A stretch of DNA of 63,245 nt, counting the filler, from Perkinsus chesapeaki ATCC PRA-425 (Eukaryota; Protista; Perkinsozoa), in the NCBI GenBank assembly GCA_013115145.1. It is 5 parts of 5 records of this genome, joined end to end, with 100 filler letters (N's around TTAATTAATTAA, not from the genome) between each part and the next. Parts side by side here need not be neighbours in the genome. Positions count along the whole stretch, not along the records: positions 18,991 to 46,627 come from JAAPAO010000488.1; positions 46,728 to 59,800 come from JAAPAO010000800.1; 3 more parts are not named here. One strand, 5' to 3'. A model generated the notes under the pieces. The model saw only the letters and a program-made list of their open reading frames with translations. It was not told the DNA's origin and made no database searches. How positions within the stretch are numbered: the stretch's first letter is position 1; the number at the start of each line of letters is the position of its first letter. Below are positions 35,528-47,219 of the stretch, one piece after another. The position numbers and the translations under genes are program-made.

Positions 35528-37708
35528 TTACAACCAGAAGGGACCGCCGTTCTCGTTGGAAGTCTTGGCGATAACGCCACCGAAGACAAGAGACATGATG
35601 GCGGAGAGCTTGATAACGATGTTAATGGCGGGACCAGAGGTATCCTTCAGCGGATCACCGACGGTATCACCAGTGACAGCATTCTTGTGAGCTTGAGAGC
35701 CCTTGCCGTTCTCGGGGCCGAGACCACCGGATTCAATGAACTTCTTGGAGTTATCCCAAGCGCCACCAGTGTTAGACATGGAAATGGCCATCTGGACACC
35801 GGAGACGAGAGCACCGCACAAGAGACCGGCAGTGCAGTTCTTACCGAAGAGGAGACCAGCGACGAGAGGAGCCAAGATAACCAAGCAGCCGGGGGCAATC
35901 ATCTCCTTAAGAGAGGCATCAGTAGCGATCTGGATGCACTTTTTGTAGTTGGGCTTCATCTCACCAGAGATAATCTTGGGGAACTGGGACATGCACTCCT
36001 CAACCATCTCGTTAGCTGCCTTACCAACGGACTTCATGGTCATAGCGGAGAAGGCATAAGGCATCATAGCACCGAAGAGAAGACCGGTGAAAGTCCAGGG
36101 GTCGAGGATGTTGACCTTGGAGATGCTAGCGCGGACAGTGTAAGCGCCGAACAAAGCGAGGGACACAAGGGCGGCAGATCCGATGGCGAAACCCTTGCCC
36201 ATGGCAGCGGTAGTGTTGCCAGCGGCGTCGAGAGCATCAGTGCGCTCTCTGACCTCAGGGCCCAACTCGGACATCTCAGCAATACCACCAGCGTTATCGG
36301 AGATGGGACCATAAGCATCGATGGTAAGAGACATAGTGAGAGTGCCAAGCATACCAAGAGCACCGAGGGCAACACCGAACATACCGGCGACGGAGTGAGC
36401 GACACAGATGGTGATGGCGAGGCAGATGACGGGGATGACGCAGGACACGTAACCAGCGGCAAGACCGTAGATGATACCAGTGGCGGCAGAGATGCTCTCA
36501 GACTCGGCGATCTCACGGACGGGCTTGTAGGTCTGGGAAGTGTAGTACTCGGTGGTGTAACCGATGCAGAGACCGGACCACAGACCGAGAAGGATGCAGA
36601 CGCAGCACTTAACCCAAGAGCAAGCGGTGTGAGCCTCGTCGATGGCGAAGTAACCCGAAGGAAGAGCCCACCAGGAAAGGGCAATAACGGTAGGAGTCTC
36701 CAAAATGGTGGAAATAACAAGAACACCCTTAAGGGCCTTCTCGATATCAGGGATCTCCTTAACCTTGTAGAACATGTTGACGGTGAGCATGGTAACGAGA
36801 CCAACAAGAATGCCAACAGAGGAAACCATCAAGGGGAAGAGCATGGTAGACCAGGTACCAGAAACAATGGCATCGGGAGCAGCGGAGCAGATGACCATGG
36901 CGGCACAAGTGGACTCGGCGAAAGAACCAAACAAATCAGCACCCATACCAGCGATATCACCAACATTATCTCCAACATTATCGGCAATGCAGCCGGGGTT
37001 CCTCGGATCGTCCTCATCGAGACCGTACTCGTTCTTACCGGAGAGATCGGCACCGACATCAGCGGCCTTAGTGTAGATACCACCACCGACACGACCGAAT
37101 AGGGCAATAGAGGAACCACCCAAACCGTAACCGGTGAGAGCCTCATAAAGGGCACGGACATCACCGTTATAGAAGGAAGGAACGTTGTAGATGGTAACAA
37201 GGATAGCCAAGTTAAGAACAGCCAAGGACACAAGGGCGAAACCCATTACGGAGCCACCACGGAGGGCAACATCGTAACCGTCAGAGAGGCTCTTCCAGCA
37301 CTCGTGGGCGGTACGAACGTTGCAGTAGACAGCAGTCTTCATTCCGATGTAACCACAAGCGATGGAAGTGATGGAGCCAACGATGAAGGAGAGCATTGTG
37401 CCAAGACCGATGCAAGGCCAGATGATAACCGAGAAGAGAACGACATAAACCATCATGTACTTGTATTCGGACACGAGGAAAGCATTGGCACCGGTGGCGA
37501 TGTTATTGGAGATCTCACGCATAGCGACGAGGATCTTCTGGACATCGCGGGAGTCACCGGCGACAAGGGAGTCCTGCATGCCAGTCTTTCCCTTGTAGGG
37601 ACCAGTAAGCTTGATGCTACGAACATAGACCAGCTCCTTGACGGCCCACAAAAGGCCGACCACAGGAGGGACGAAAGAAAATACGTTAGTTAGTGTAACA
37701 CTGCTCAT
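35528..37708 (-). CDS. VP1: Membrane H+-translocating pyrophosphatase, K+-dependent type, copy 2 (726 aa)
   Basis: Same motifs as copy 1, with canonical GDTVGDPLKDTSGP. Confidence 0.97.
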   Translation of the reverse strand: MSSVTLTNVFSFVPPVVGLLWAVKELVYVRSIKLTGPYKGKTGMQDSLVAGDSRDVQKILVAMREISNNIATGANAFLVSEYKYMMVYVVLFSVIIWPCIGLGTMLSFIVGSITSIACGYIGMKTAVYCNVRTAHECWKSLSDGYDVALRGGSVMGFALVSLAVLNLAILVTIYNVPSFYNGDVRALYEALTGYGLGGSSIALFGRVGGGIYTKAADVGADLSGKNEYGLDEDDPRNPGCIADNVGDNVGDIAGMGADLFGSFAESTCAAMVICSAAPDAIVSGTWSTMLFPLMVSSVGILVGLVTMLTVNMFYKVKEIPDIEKALKGVLVISTILETPTVIALSWWALPSGYFAIDEAHTACSWVKCCVCILLGLWSGLCIGYTTEYYTSQTYKPVREIAESESISAATGIIYGLAAGYVSCVIPVICLAITICVAHSVAGMFGVALGALGMLGTLTMSLTIDAYGPISDNAGGIAEMSELGPEVRERTDALDAAGNTTAAMGKGFAIGSAALVSLALFGAYTVRASISKVNILDPWTFTGLLFGAMMPYAFSAMTMKSVGKAANEMVEECMSQFPKIISGEMKPNYKKCIQIATDASLKEMIAPGCLVILAPLVAGLLFGKNCTAGLLCGALVSGVQMAISMSNTGGAWDNSKKFIESGGLGPENGKGSQAHKNAVTGDTVGDPLKDTSGPAINIVIKLSAIMSLVFGGVIAKTSNENGGPFWL

Positions 37709-38058
37709 TATGGCAGTGGAGAAGTCTGTGAATGCCTCTTGAGGCTTTCTCGGCGAAGTTCGGACTTAGCTATCGATCTACACTTGAGATCTTACATTTC
37801 CTCAACGGCGTTTGTGTCCTATGTCCCGGCGAAAAGCGCTGCTTCCATGGAGGACTATAGGGTTAGTTATCGAGGTGGATGGATAATGTGCTACGGGCAC
37901 CTGATCAGGCTTTGCACTTTCAGATTTGAATATGAACACTGGTCCTACCTCGTTTGTATCTTGCACGGGCCGATAAGATATGCGCACTCATTTGACCTTG
38001 TCTGCATCTTGCGTGGTTCAACCTAAGATACTTCTCTCGCCCGCAATGTGCGCAACTT

Positions 38059-38400
38059 TCACTGATGGAGAATTTTCAGGTCGACCTTGCAAGATACAAA
38101 GAAGCTTGAACTCTCCAGATACCTCACCTCGCCCAAAAAAATTCTAGCATTTGAACCACTCATCCCTCCTGTTAAAATATCATCAGCAGGGATCGAATCC
38201 GGTTGCCTCCAAAAGCCTTGAGAGACCGCCGCTGGTAACTGCTTTCCCTTGAATAGTTTTTTCTTAAATGCATTCATCCGCGATTTTCGCGCGTCGTGTT
38301 CGTCTTTTATTACCACGATCGCTTCGGGTAGGCCGTCCGTCGTCTCTGGTTGCTCCCAGCCTCCTCCCCAACTTGATCAATTGGCTCGTATAAATTTCAG
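38059..38400 (-). CDS. Hypothetical protein exon(s)
   Basis: Open stretch SWGGGWEQPETTDGLPEAIVVIKDEHDARKSRMNAFKKKLF...ARIFLGE ending at a GTGAG donor; no family recognised. Confidence 0.35.
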
Positions 38401-38596
38401 TAATGGTTTGCCGCTTTCTAGGAGTTCTTATTCTCACTCAAGCTAAGCTATATTCTTTGTTTAAATCAAGTTCGGTTTTTTGAGGGCACTTTGTCAGACC
38501 ACCAAGGCCAACCTTCAGCCATATGGTCGAATCCAGGTGCTGGAAAAATCTCTTTTCCCTTCAACATTGGTTCATTGAATTCTTCAACCGTTTCAG

Positions 38597-40653
38597 ATAG
38601 CTCCATCGTCCGTACGCTTCTTCGCCAGCGATTCATCATTTGATGTTTTCGCCAAAATAAAAGATCAAGGTGACGGTAAAGTCGATGCCGCTGTCGGGGA
38701 AGCCAAGAAGCGTAAGCCTTCTGATAAGGTAACCGAGAGGTCCCTGGTTCGAACCCTCCATGCGGTATTTTAGGTTATCAAATTGGTGGATGATATATTA
38801 TCATTATCACTCATTGAGGCTGCTGATTTGTGCGACTTATGTCAAGAGAAATTGGCGGCCAGGTGAGCCAGGCGCCTTGAAGATTCCGTTAGCATTCAGC
38901 ATCGAACTTGAATGTTTTCATTTCTCATGGCCGGCCTTGGTCACCACGAAAATTTGTTATCAGTGCGGTGATACGGTATCGATGCCGCTTTGTTGAGGTA
39001 TAGTTATATAGTCTATGTATGATCTTATATTTTGATTAGAAATTTAACTGTCGGCTCCTTTTCTCTCGCTTCGTGCGGATATATTAAATCTGTTGAAGAT
39101 GGGAATGGACTGAAATATTTTACTAGTTAGTTGCTTTTTTCTTTTAATATCTTGTAAGGAAACGAGTACCGTCCGAGCTATCACCGAAAGGTGAAGTCTG
39201 AAGAATAATAATTAATATATTAAGATATATGACGGATTATGGTGGATTCGTAATATCCAATTATTGTTAATACCAAATTACTATGAAATGTGCACTTCCA
39301 ACTACTTAGCTTCACCGGAGTATTGACTCCCATACAGATCCGGCGGTGTCCCTGGTCGCTCCCCCTTCCCTCATCCCGGAGCAATGTTCGCTGGTGGTGG
39401 TATGATGCCGTCACCTATGATGATGGCCGCTCCTATGTCCGGATCGGTCCCTCAGCAACCGCCTTCGGCAACTGCCGGTAAGACGATTTCATTTATTATT
39501 CGAAAATCTGCAGGAGATAGTAGTATTGGGTAATTATTGTGGCTGAAAGATTTCGCCAAAATTTTTTGAAATTTTCTTCGACTCGGATGCCTGTGGCTTC
39601 AGAAATATGTCAGTCATCAGTGCGCCCCTTTGGCACTGATGGAGCTCAGCAGGGTCGGGACTTTTTATTTGCTATTCATTCATCACCGATGAGATACGAA
39701 AGTGTCGGAAACTTATGACGATTTCTAGTGTCTGTGCTCGCCGCTGGAATATGCATTCGTTCCTGCGTAGTTGTCGATGTCTCGATTGACGGGCCCATTT
39801 TGAGTGTCAGGCGAGGCGACTGCTGGCGACAGTGGAGGAGGTTCAGAGGAGAAGCCAGCAGAGAAGAAAAAAGAGCCGGCGAAGAGCGTCGTAACAATTA
39901 AGTTGGTTAGTTACAATACCGAAAAGAAGGTAATCCAAAGGTATCTGGTTCGAACCTGTGCGGAGGCATTTTAAGGTCACCACCATTAAGGAAGTTCGCG
40001 GTGTGACAGGCCTGGGTTTGCGCGAAGCGAAGGATGCGGTGGAGGGTTGCCCAACGGTAGTAGGGAGAATCTTTAAATCTAGCGGGTGCGATGGATTCGA
40101 AGAAAGGCTTTTGACTTTTTTTGTAACAGACTTCCTATTAGAGCTACGCGCTAGGTGTCATTTTTGATTCTTGGTAAATAATAATAATGAAAACCCTTTT
40201 TTGAAGTGGTATGTTTGATAAATATTCAAGGTCGACGCTGGTAAGATACGAAATGGGTCGAGTGTTCCTAGCGCTTTTTCATCTCTAAATAACCCTCTTG
40301 ATAACATCTAAGCTCGGTCCTTCAAAATCTAAAGTGGATATTTCCATGTTCGTCCCGAACACTCGTTGTCTCCGACAGTAGTATATTTGGCATCAGTTCC
40401 TCCAGCGAGCTTCCAATCGAATACCCTCCCTTGTAGGTGCTGAAAAAGGGTGTTCCTCTGGAGCAAGCTGAAGAGATCAAGAAAAAAATGGAGGCTACCG
40501 GAGCACAGGTAACGCGCTATTATCTTAGTGTACTCACTTACCGCTCTATGTATCTTATCGGGTTTCGGGTTTTGGGTTTTGGGTTTTCGTCCCATGGGGT
40601 TCGCCTCCCCAAAGAGTATTACCGTTGTTCCTTTTCAGGTTGAGTTTGTTTGA
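38597..40653 (+). CDS. MRPL12: Ribosomal protein L7/L12, mitochondrial type, multi-exon; start not resolved
   Basis: Spliced SVRFFAS...[33 protein letters not shown]...[69 protein letters not shown]. Confidence 0.9.
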
Positions 40654-42678
40654 GATTGTCGCAGTGTGACTGGCATGAATACGTACAATGTTTCTGCAAA
40701 AGCTGGGGGGTTTTGTTGTTCACTAAGGAGGCACTGAAAGATATTTCGGAGGTTGATTGAAGAACCTGGCCGAGAAGTTGCAGTACGTTATTGAATCCAA
40801 TTGACTTGGAGGAGGTATGAACCTGTGCTTTCCTATTGTGATTATTGGGGCGAAGATAATTCATGCTATTAACGACCGATAAGAGCCTATGCTCGAAGAT
40901 ATGATACGAGAAAACGGTTCGACGAATAAAGTCGTTGATATAGATGATTCATTATAAGTGGTATTGAAGTGCTCAGCAGCACTAAAGGGACGCTAGTTGC
41001 TGTGGAGGGAGACCAGTCATGTCGGTGATGATGTGATGGACTCTTAGTAGTAGAAATATGATTGCAAATTGTTAGGGAAATTTGAGGTATTAAACACCAA
41101 TATTGATAATAATAAATGTAACTAGTTTTATTATATGAATGTCTGTCTAACACAGGCCTTCCGCGGAAATCTCATAATACTGGCGGAGCGAGACGTCGGA
41201 AATATTATTGAATTTGGAAAGTATTAAACTGCTGGTAAGGAGCAAGTAGTCCTATTGAGGAGTATTTGCTTTGTTCCACGGTGTCATGGTTTTTATTCAT
41301 CTTCATTATTTTATTATTCTCAAATGGTCAAGGTCTCGCTCGATTAAAACACTGGAGCTTGTGCGCGTTATATATTCGATACTTCCACAGGCGGCGCCTT
41401 CGTTGCCGAGATGGTATTTCCATTTAACCTTTGTTGACTTCTGCCTGATAAAATAAAAGGACCTTCAGTTATTTATTCCTATCATGAACGGTGCGGCAGG
41501 CGACAGCTCTCACATCGGCCCACCGAAGTTGTTGCTGCCGATCACGCCGAGGACATTGGACGGTATATCGCCGAGCTCTGGAGTTGAGTCCTTCGAGGCT
41601 GAGGAAAGTCATGTAGTAGTATTTTGGGGGAAGGGGGCTTGTTTTTCGCGCTCCGTGAGAGGCTGTTGGAATATTCTTCAAAGTTAGATCCCCGTTGTGT
41701 TTTCCCTGCTTCAGTGTCATAGCGCCCATTTAGTGTGATGTGTAGATTTGGTTTGCGCTACTATCAGAAGGACATGCCGTTTTGAATATTAAATATTCAA
41801 TGCTTCACGATGCATCGGAACCATCGAAAGTTTCACCAGAGCGAGTTTTATATATGAATAATTCTGCCAGGGTTCTTGCTAGCTCGATGAGAATATACTC
41901 CTTACGAGAAAGCCTTCCGTCAAAAGGTTATCAACAATGCGCCTCGGGATGAAAAAATGTGAAATGAATTTGCAGTGGGGCCATCTGGTGCTCGTCGCGA
42001 ATTCAACCGGAAACAAAAACTGTAGAGTTCTTCGGGTGAAAAGGCTTCGTATGAATTTCAGAGTATCGGTTGTGTTTTATAAATAATAATGTTCCTGTAT
42101 ACTAGAGTAGTAGATTAAGAGAGTAGAGAGAATCGTTTCGATACGAACTTGTCTACTATGAACTATGAACTAGAAGAGACCTTGATAGTAGAAGTCCTTT
42201 AATATATGCAAACCCGAAACCCGAACTGTTATCTATATTCTTCTTGTGCAGCACCCCTTTGACGGGGCTGGTTATAGCCATTATGGGGGTATCGCTAGTG
42301 CGGTAGTGGGTTGAGGTACTTGTCATAACCTGCTGAACCCTGGTAACATTCCGAGTATAAATGTTATGTCTGTTTACCTGTATAGTACGTATGAGCTAAT
42401 CTCCACATCTTATCAGTTTTATTTGTTATATATATTCCGTATCACCTGCCAGAGATTATTTGGTATTTCGCGCCCACTCATTAACTCTTTATGTCCTTGA
42501 CTTGGTGTTGCTCGATGAAGGCGGAGAGGTGTGAAGATCATACCTTATTTCATATGGATATCTTATTCTCTATCGTGTCTCCGCACTGGGAATATTCTCG
42601 ATTTCCGAAGCACTTATTCTTATCGTTGGTGGTTTGATTCATCTCTACTGCATAAAGTTTGATCTTCTTCTTTTCCAG

Positions 42679-44303
42679 GAGGATCGGACAAACACGCAAA
42701 TATTCGGTGATGAGCGCCTCGAAGAGCAGAACAATCTCGAGGACAAGTCTCGGCGACGAGTGGATAGTTCTGAAAGTTGGGAATCTGAATCGGTGAGCTC
42801 TTCTTCGTCCTCCTCGGACATTGAGGAAGGTCAAGTGTCGATGAGCTTCGAGGCTGCCCACGAGTTCCGGGAAATTCGGGCAACTAAGATCGTGCAGCAC
42901 TACGGACGAATTCGAGTATTTCGAGGACCGCTGGGAGCCGTATTCTACATTGGACCGCACTGGTAGAGGAAAAATCGGTATGAGAATCTTGAATGGATTT
43001 CAGGTATGCTGTCATTGTTATGGCGAGTGTGATAGTTGGAATCGGTTTTGGATTCTCGTTTTGGGCGACACCGAGGTTGAATATGTCTGAGGGGAAGAGA
43101 TGGTGGCAGAGGTTTATTGGAGTTCTATTGACAGTAATGAGGCGAAGGATTCTTGCAACTTCTTTTATATGAAGTCTACTATGTCTCCGCTACACTGGGA
43201 ATATAGTGTCTGATAAGAAAGGATGTATTCGGCAACACATTTTACTTTATATCTCCTCCACACTTGGAATGTGTTACGTAGATTACTATGCCTAACATCC
43301 GTCATTCAACCTTTTTCGTATCTTCCACTATTCAACCTTTTTCGTATCTTCCACTATTCAACCTTGTTCGTATCTTCCACTATTCAACCTTGTTCGTATC
43401 TTCCACTATTTAACCTTGCTCGTATCTTCCACTATTTAACCTTGCTCGTATCTTCCACTATTTAACCTTGCTCGTATCTTCCACTATTTAACCNNNNNNN
43501 NNNNNNNNNNNNNNNNNNNNNNNNNNNNNNNNNNNNNNNNNNNNNNNNNNNNNNNNNNNNNNNNNNNNNNNNNNNNNNNNNNNNNNNNNAACCTTGTTCT
43601 TTATTAGATAATCTCCCTACTAGCATTCCTCCGTTGTGCCTTGCTATCCGATCCCGGTTTACTTCGCGTCTATCCTCGAGAAGTCGAAGACACCGAAAGC
43701 GACGAGGACGAGCAATGGCTGCCGAGCACGGGAAGAGTGTACTGCCGAAAATGTAAAGTGATGCAACGGAAGGGAACATTGCATTGCGAGTAAGGCTGGG
43801 AGAAATATCTGACACTAATGATGGAGAAGAAGAGGCAGACTGCCTGTGAAACGCACCTTGTTTATTTTGCTTCGTGAACCAGCCCTTCCCCAAATGGGGC
43901 GTCAGCGGAGAGACAATTTTGATAGGATTGGCAGAATTATCGTCATTAGTTTTGTTAATATGTCTATTGTTATTTCATATAGGAGCATGATATGATATGT
44001 CAGGCCTACGAGGCCTAATGCATTTGATTTTTACTGTATTGGACTGGTAACATATCTTATATAGATTAAAATTGTCATTCTTCGCATTAGGGCACGTTCC
44101 TGTGATGGTAGATGACTCCACAGCCTCTCCTACAATTCAGATACTGCCAGGTCTGCATTCACGAGTTCGACCATCATTGTCCTTGGATCGGCAAATGCAT
44201 TGGCGCTGGTAATCTGGCAGACTTTTACTTTTTCCTGTCGGTCAACGTGTCAGCGTTTCTCTACATCGCGGTTGTCACGGGTATGTATTTGGGGCCGATT
44301 TGA
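42679..44303 (+). CDS. DHHC palmitoyltransferase, multi-exon, spanning an N gap; upstream exons likely
   Basis: [20 protein letters not shown]; LSDPGLL...[17 protein letters not shown] spliced to [24 protein letters not shown]. Confidence 0.9.
43304..43493. repeat. 26-bp intronic minisatellite, about 7 copies, running into the gap
   Basis: Unit TCTTCCACTATT(C/T)AACCTT(T/G)(T/C)TCGTA; the sequence resumes with AACCTTGTTC after the gap at 43590. Confidence 0.95.
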
Positions 44304-44711
44304 CGAGATTCTGTCTTGCGTTGGGGTAGAGTCCCTGAAGGATGCTCCTAGATCAAGGCGAAGAGACCAAAAAGGAAATGAAGGCATCGACCACCGGAGT
44401 CAGTGCTTGTTTCTACCGTTTTGTTCAACATAGTTCCTTTGTTTTTTATACTGTATTTTTCTCACTTGTGAGGCACTAGATCTCGAGTGCAAGCTTCTGG
44501 GGTAACCAGTTTTAAACATAATTATCCCACTTCGTTCCAGTAGTAGGAATCAATTAGCATTCCTGAACCAGCAAAGAATTGTTAATTTTTAAAGATCCCA
44601 AATTTGTTATTATGACGCGTACACAGTGTGAACATAGCTATAATCGTTTGTATAGCTTATCCTTCCCTATAGGATGCTCGTTTGTAAAACAGCAGCTTTG
44701 CTAATAGTGGT

Positions 44712-46330
44712 TTGGTATTCTTGCGCCAATTACGTGTTATTCGGTATCGACACACCGCTTCACTGGAGGGGAGCGGATGGCAGGGAGAGCAGAAGGTTTC
44801 GCCAGGGTCGGGTTTCATTATCGATCGCATGATCGATTCCGCCGTTACAGTTGATTTTGTGACTGATCAAAATGCCTTCAAGCTCAACAGATCGTCTCAG
44901 AAGTCTTATCGGAACCGTGCCTTCGCCGTTGTCTGATTTCGTGGCGAGTGACGAGTGCACGAAATCGTGCAATCTCCAGGAAGATACCCTCCCACCATTC
45001 TGGGAGACCGTCGAGAAGAAGCTCATCTTAAACAGGTCCTTCAGTTGGACAATTTCCTATTTCATTATATTTATTTACATTATGAATATCATTCTAGATG
45101 TTCAGTGGAACACGGAAAATTTTTTCGTCATGTCGCGAGTTCAAGTCCAGTAAGAGGCATGTTAAAAACTTCATCGCTAATGAGACAGCTCTTCTTCGTG
45201 AATGGGTCACTATTTCCGTAACAGTTTCTGACCGAAAAGTTGCTCCCATGTGTCGAAACATATTCGTACCAAATTATTTTCTGAAAAAATATGCTGTATC
45301 AATCTAGTGATTTTCCTAAAAAATTTCTACATTTTTTCCTTCGATGGGAATCTTTTGGGGAGCATTTCAAACTTGCTTGCTCGAACTATGTACAATACTC
45401 CGCCACACTGAGATTTGCAATTTCCCTAATTTCCTGGCGCAGTGACTTTTTGTCGATAGGTATTATTTGGCAATTAATGCCACTATTGGTAGGGGGAGTT
45501 TTGCACGCGTGCGCAAGGGCTACGACACGATCGAAAAGAAGGAGGTCGCCGTGAAGACATATGTGAGAGTGAGTTGAACAAGTGTCGGAATACCTCCGGT
45601 CGAGTTGTTACAAAACTCCCTCGGCAGATGTTATGGGAAATACCAAATTTAATGAAAAATATTTTCTGCGTCGACAGGCTACTTATACTCCAACACTGGC
45701 ATAAAGAGCCCAACTTACGTTTTGAAGCTCCAAGCAAGACCCATCTTCGTAGAGCAATTGGAATCCTTTGCAGCTTTTCACAGAGCCGGGAGTCATGGTT
45801 GACAACTTTACGCAGGATTCGCCAGCTTCACCTGGGTCGATTATTAAAACGCCACGCATTCCATCAATTGCTCCTGGATAGAAAATTCATTAGTATTTAT
45901 TCTGATATCTTTACTTTACTCATTTTGGAGAACTCGAATAATTCATTCTCCATTTCATTAGCGAAACCACACGAATGTCCCCGAACTGGTTCGGATAATT
46001 TCAAGATGGACTTGAGGATTTCTTCAGGATTTGAAGCCGAGGAGCTTTAAGGGATTCGAGGACACTTTCAAGCGGTTCAACAATCAAGTTCGGAATATGG
46101 CAATCCTGAGAGTAAATGGATTCCGTTTCGATAGGCGAGAAATCACCAAATTCAGGGAGAGGCAACGCCACCGCGCAAGAGTGAGAGAAAGGTGTCTTTT
46201 TGTGCATCAGCACTACAGGTGAGCTTGAATTGAAGGTCGAAGAATCTTTGCGCATGCGTGCAAATAGGTGCCAGCACAGGAGAATCTGGAGCAATTGAAG
46301 TTGAGCGATTTGGTTCTGCCGATGGAAGCA
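44712..46330 (+). CDS. Putative protein kinase, partial, multi-exon
   Basis: Exon near 45457-45561 encodes IGRGSFARVRKGYDTIEKKEVAVKTY (Gly loop plus VAVK). Catalytic loop and DFG not seen before the contig end. Confidence 0.55.
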
Positions 46331-46499
46331 TGTTCGATCGATGAGTAATCGTAATCTATCGCTTGAGCGATTTGGTGCTAGCTCAGATTTGGCCAGCCTG
46401 GAGCGGACCCGGTCGACGGCGAACTGTATACAATCTTCGAGCTAGGCAAGACCACTCTTAAAGAGTATCTGAAACAGATGTAGGAGTTCATTTCACATT

Positions 46500-46627
46500 C
46501 CACCTCCTCTGTATCACTAGTAAAATATTTCCTATCAAACTCCTTTCTATTATGTCTCCTCCTCCGTATCACTAGTAACATATTTCCTATCAAACTCCTT
46601 TCTATTATATCTCCTCCTCCGTATCAC
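46500..46627. repeat. 55-bp tandem repeat at contig end
   Basis: GTATCAC recurs at 46511, 46566 and 46621 with near-identical intervening sequence. Confidence 0.9.
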
Positions 46628-46727
46628 NNNNNNNNNNNNNNNNNNNNNNNNNNNNNNNNNNNNNNNNNNNNTTAATTAATTAANNNNNNNNNNNNNNNNN
46701 NNNNNNNNNNNNNNNNNNNNNNNNNNN
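46628..46727. other. Artificial contig linker
   Basis: 44N-TTAATTAATTAA-44N. Confidence 0.95.
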
Positions 46728-46980
46728 CTAGCATAGGACTGTACTTCATTTGAAGTACACTCCTTTCTTGCATAACTGGACGCTAGTGATGGTGATGACC
46801 ACGCCCTAATCCGGAAGTCGCCCATTATCCCCCGATGAGCTCGTACCCCCTGCATTGACTACATTGAACTCAATTGAACTCAAATGGAATAGGAGAACTA
46901 TACATGGCATGACATGGTAAGCAGCTCTCACTCAGAAGGACCCTGCAATCTGCAAGGAGTTCCGCGTCGATCAACCAGTC

Positions 46981-47196
46981 TTGGTCAGTAAGCCCACCAT
47001 TGCTGGCGAGATTCGCGTTATCCAGTCATTGCGGACGCCTGCGCATTCCTCCATTCTCCCGCCCGAAGGCAGTACTCGCGCGCTGATGGCGATTTCGTTC
47101 GTCGTCCTCGGCATCACTTTCGTCTGTTACCTCGCCATTTCGAACTTTCTCCTAAAAGCCGCCGCCTCATCCCAGAAGCGGAGTGAATATGGATAG
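46981..47196 (+). CDS. Probable last exon of a membrane-anchored protein truncated by the contig edge
   Basis: Hydrophobic ALMAISFVVLGITFVCYLAISNFLL followed by a short tail and stop. Confidence 0.35.
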   Translation: MVSKPTIAGEIRVIQSLRTPAHSSILPPEGSTRALMAISFVVLGITFVCYLAISNFLLKAAASSQKRSEYG

Positions 47197-47219
47197 CAAT
47201 AAGGCCACAAAGGAGAGAA

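Noticed and set aside
35687-37102. 471-aa ORF antisense to H+-PPase copy 2, plus similar ORFs at 33214-33975 and 36064-36816
   Set aside because: Shadow frames caused by the biased codon usage of a highly expressed gene; they mirror in both paralogues and show no domain.
43304-43493. CRISPR-like 26-bp repeats
   Set aside because: Head-to-tail units with no spacers, eukaryotic intron context and no cas genes.
46031-46115. DLKP-like peptide as the kinase catalytic loop
   Set aside because: It lacks the preceding HR and lies too close to the VAVK exon; cannot be assigned, so no pseudokinase claim is made.
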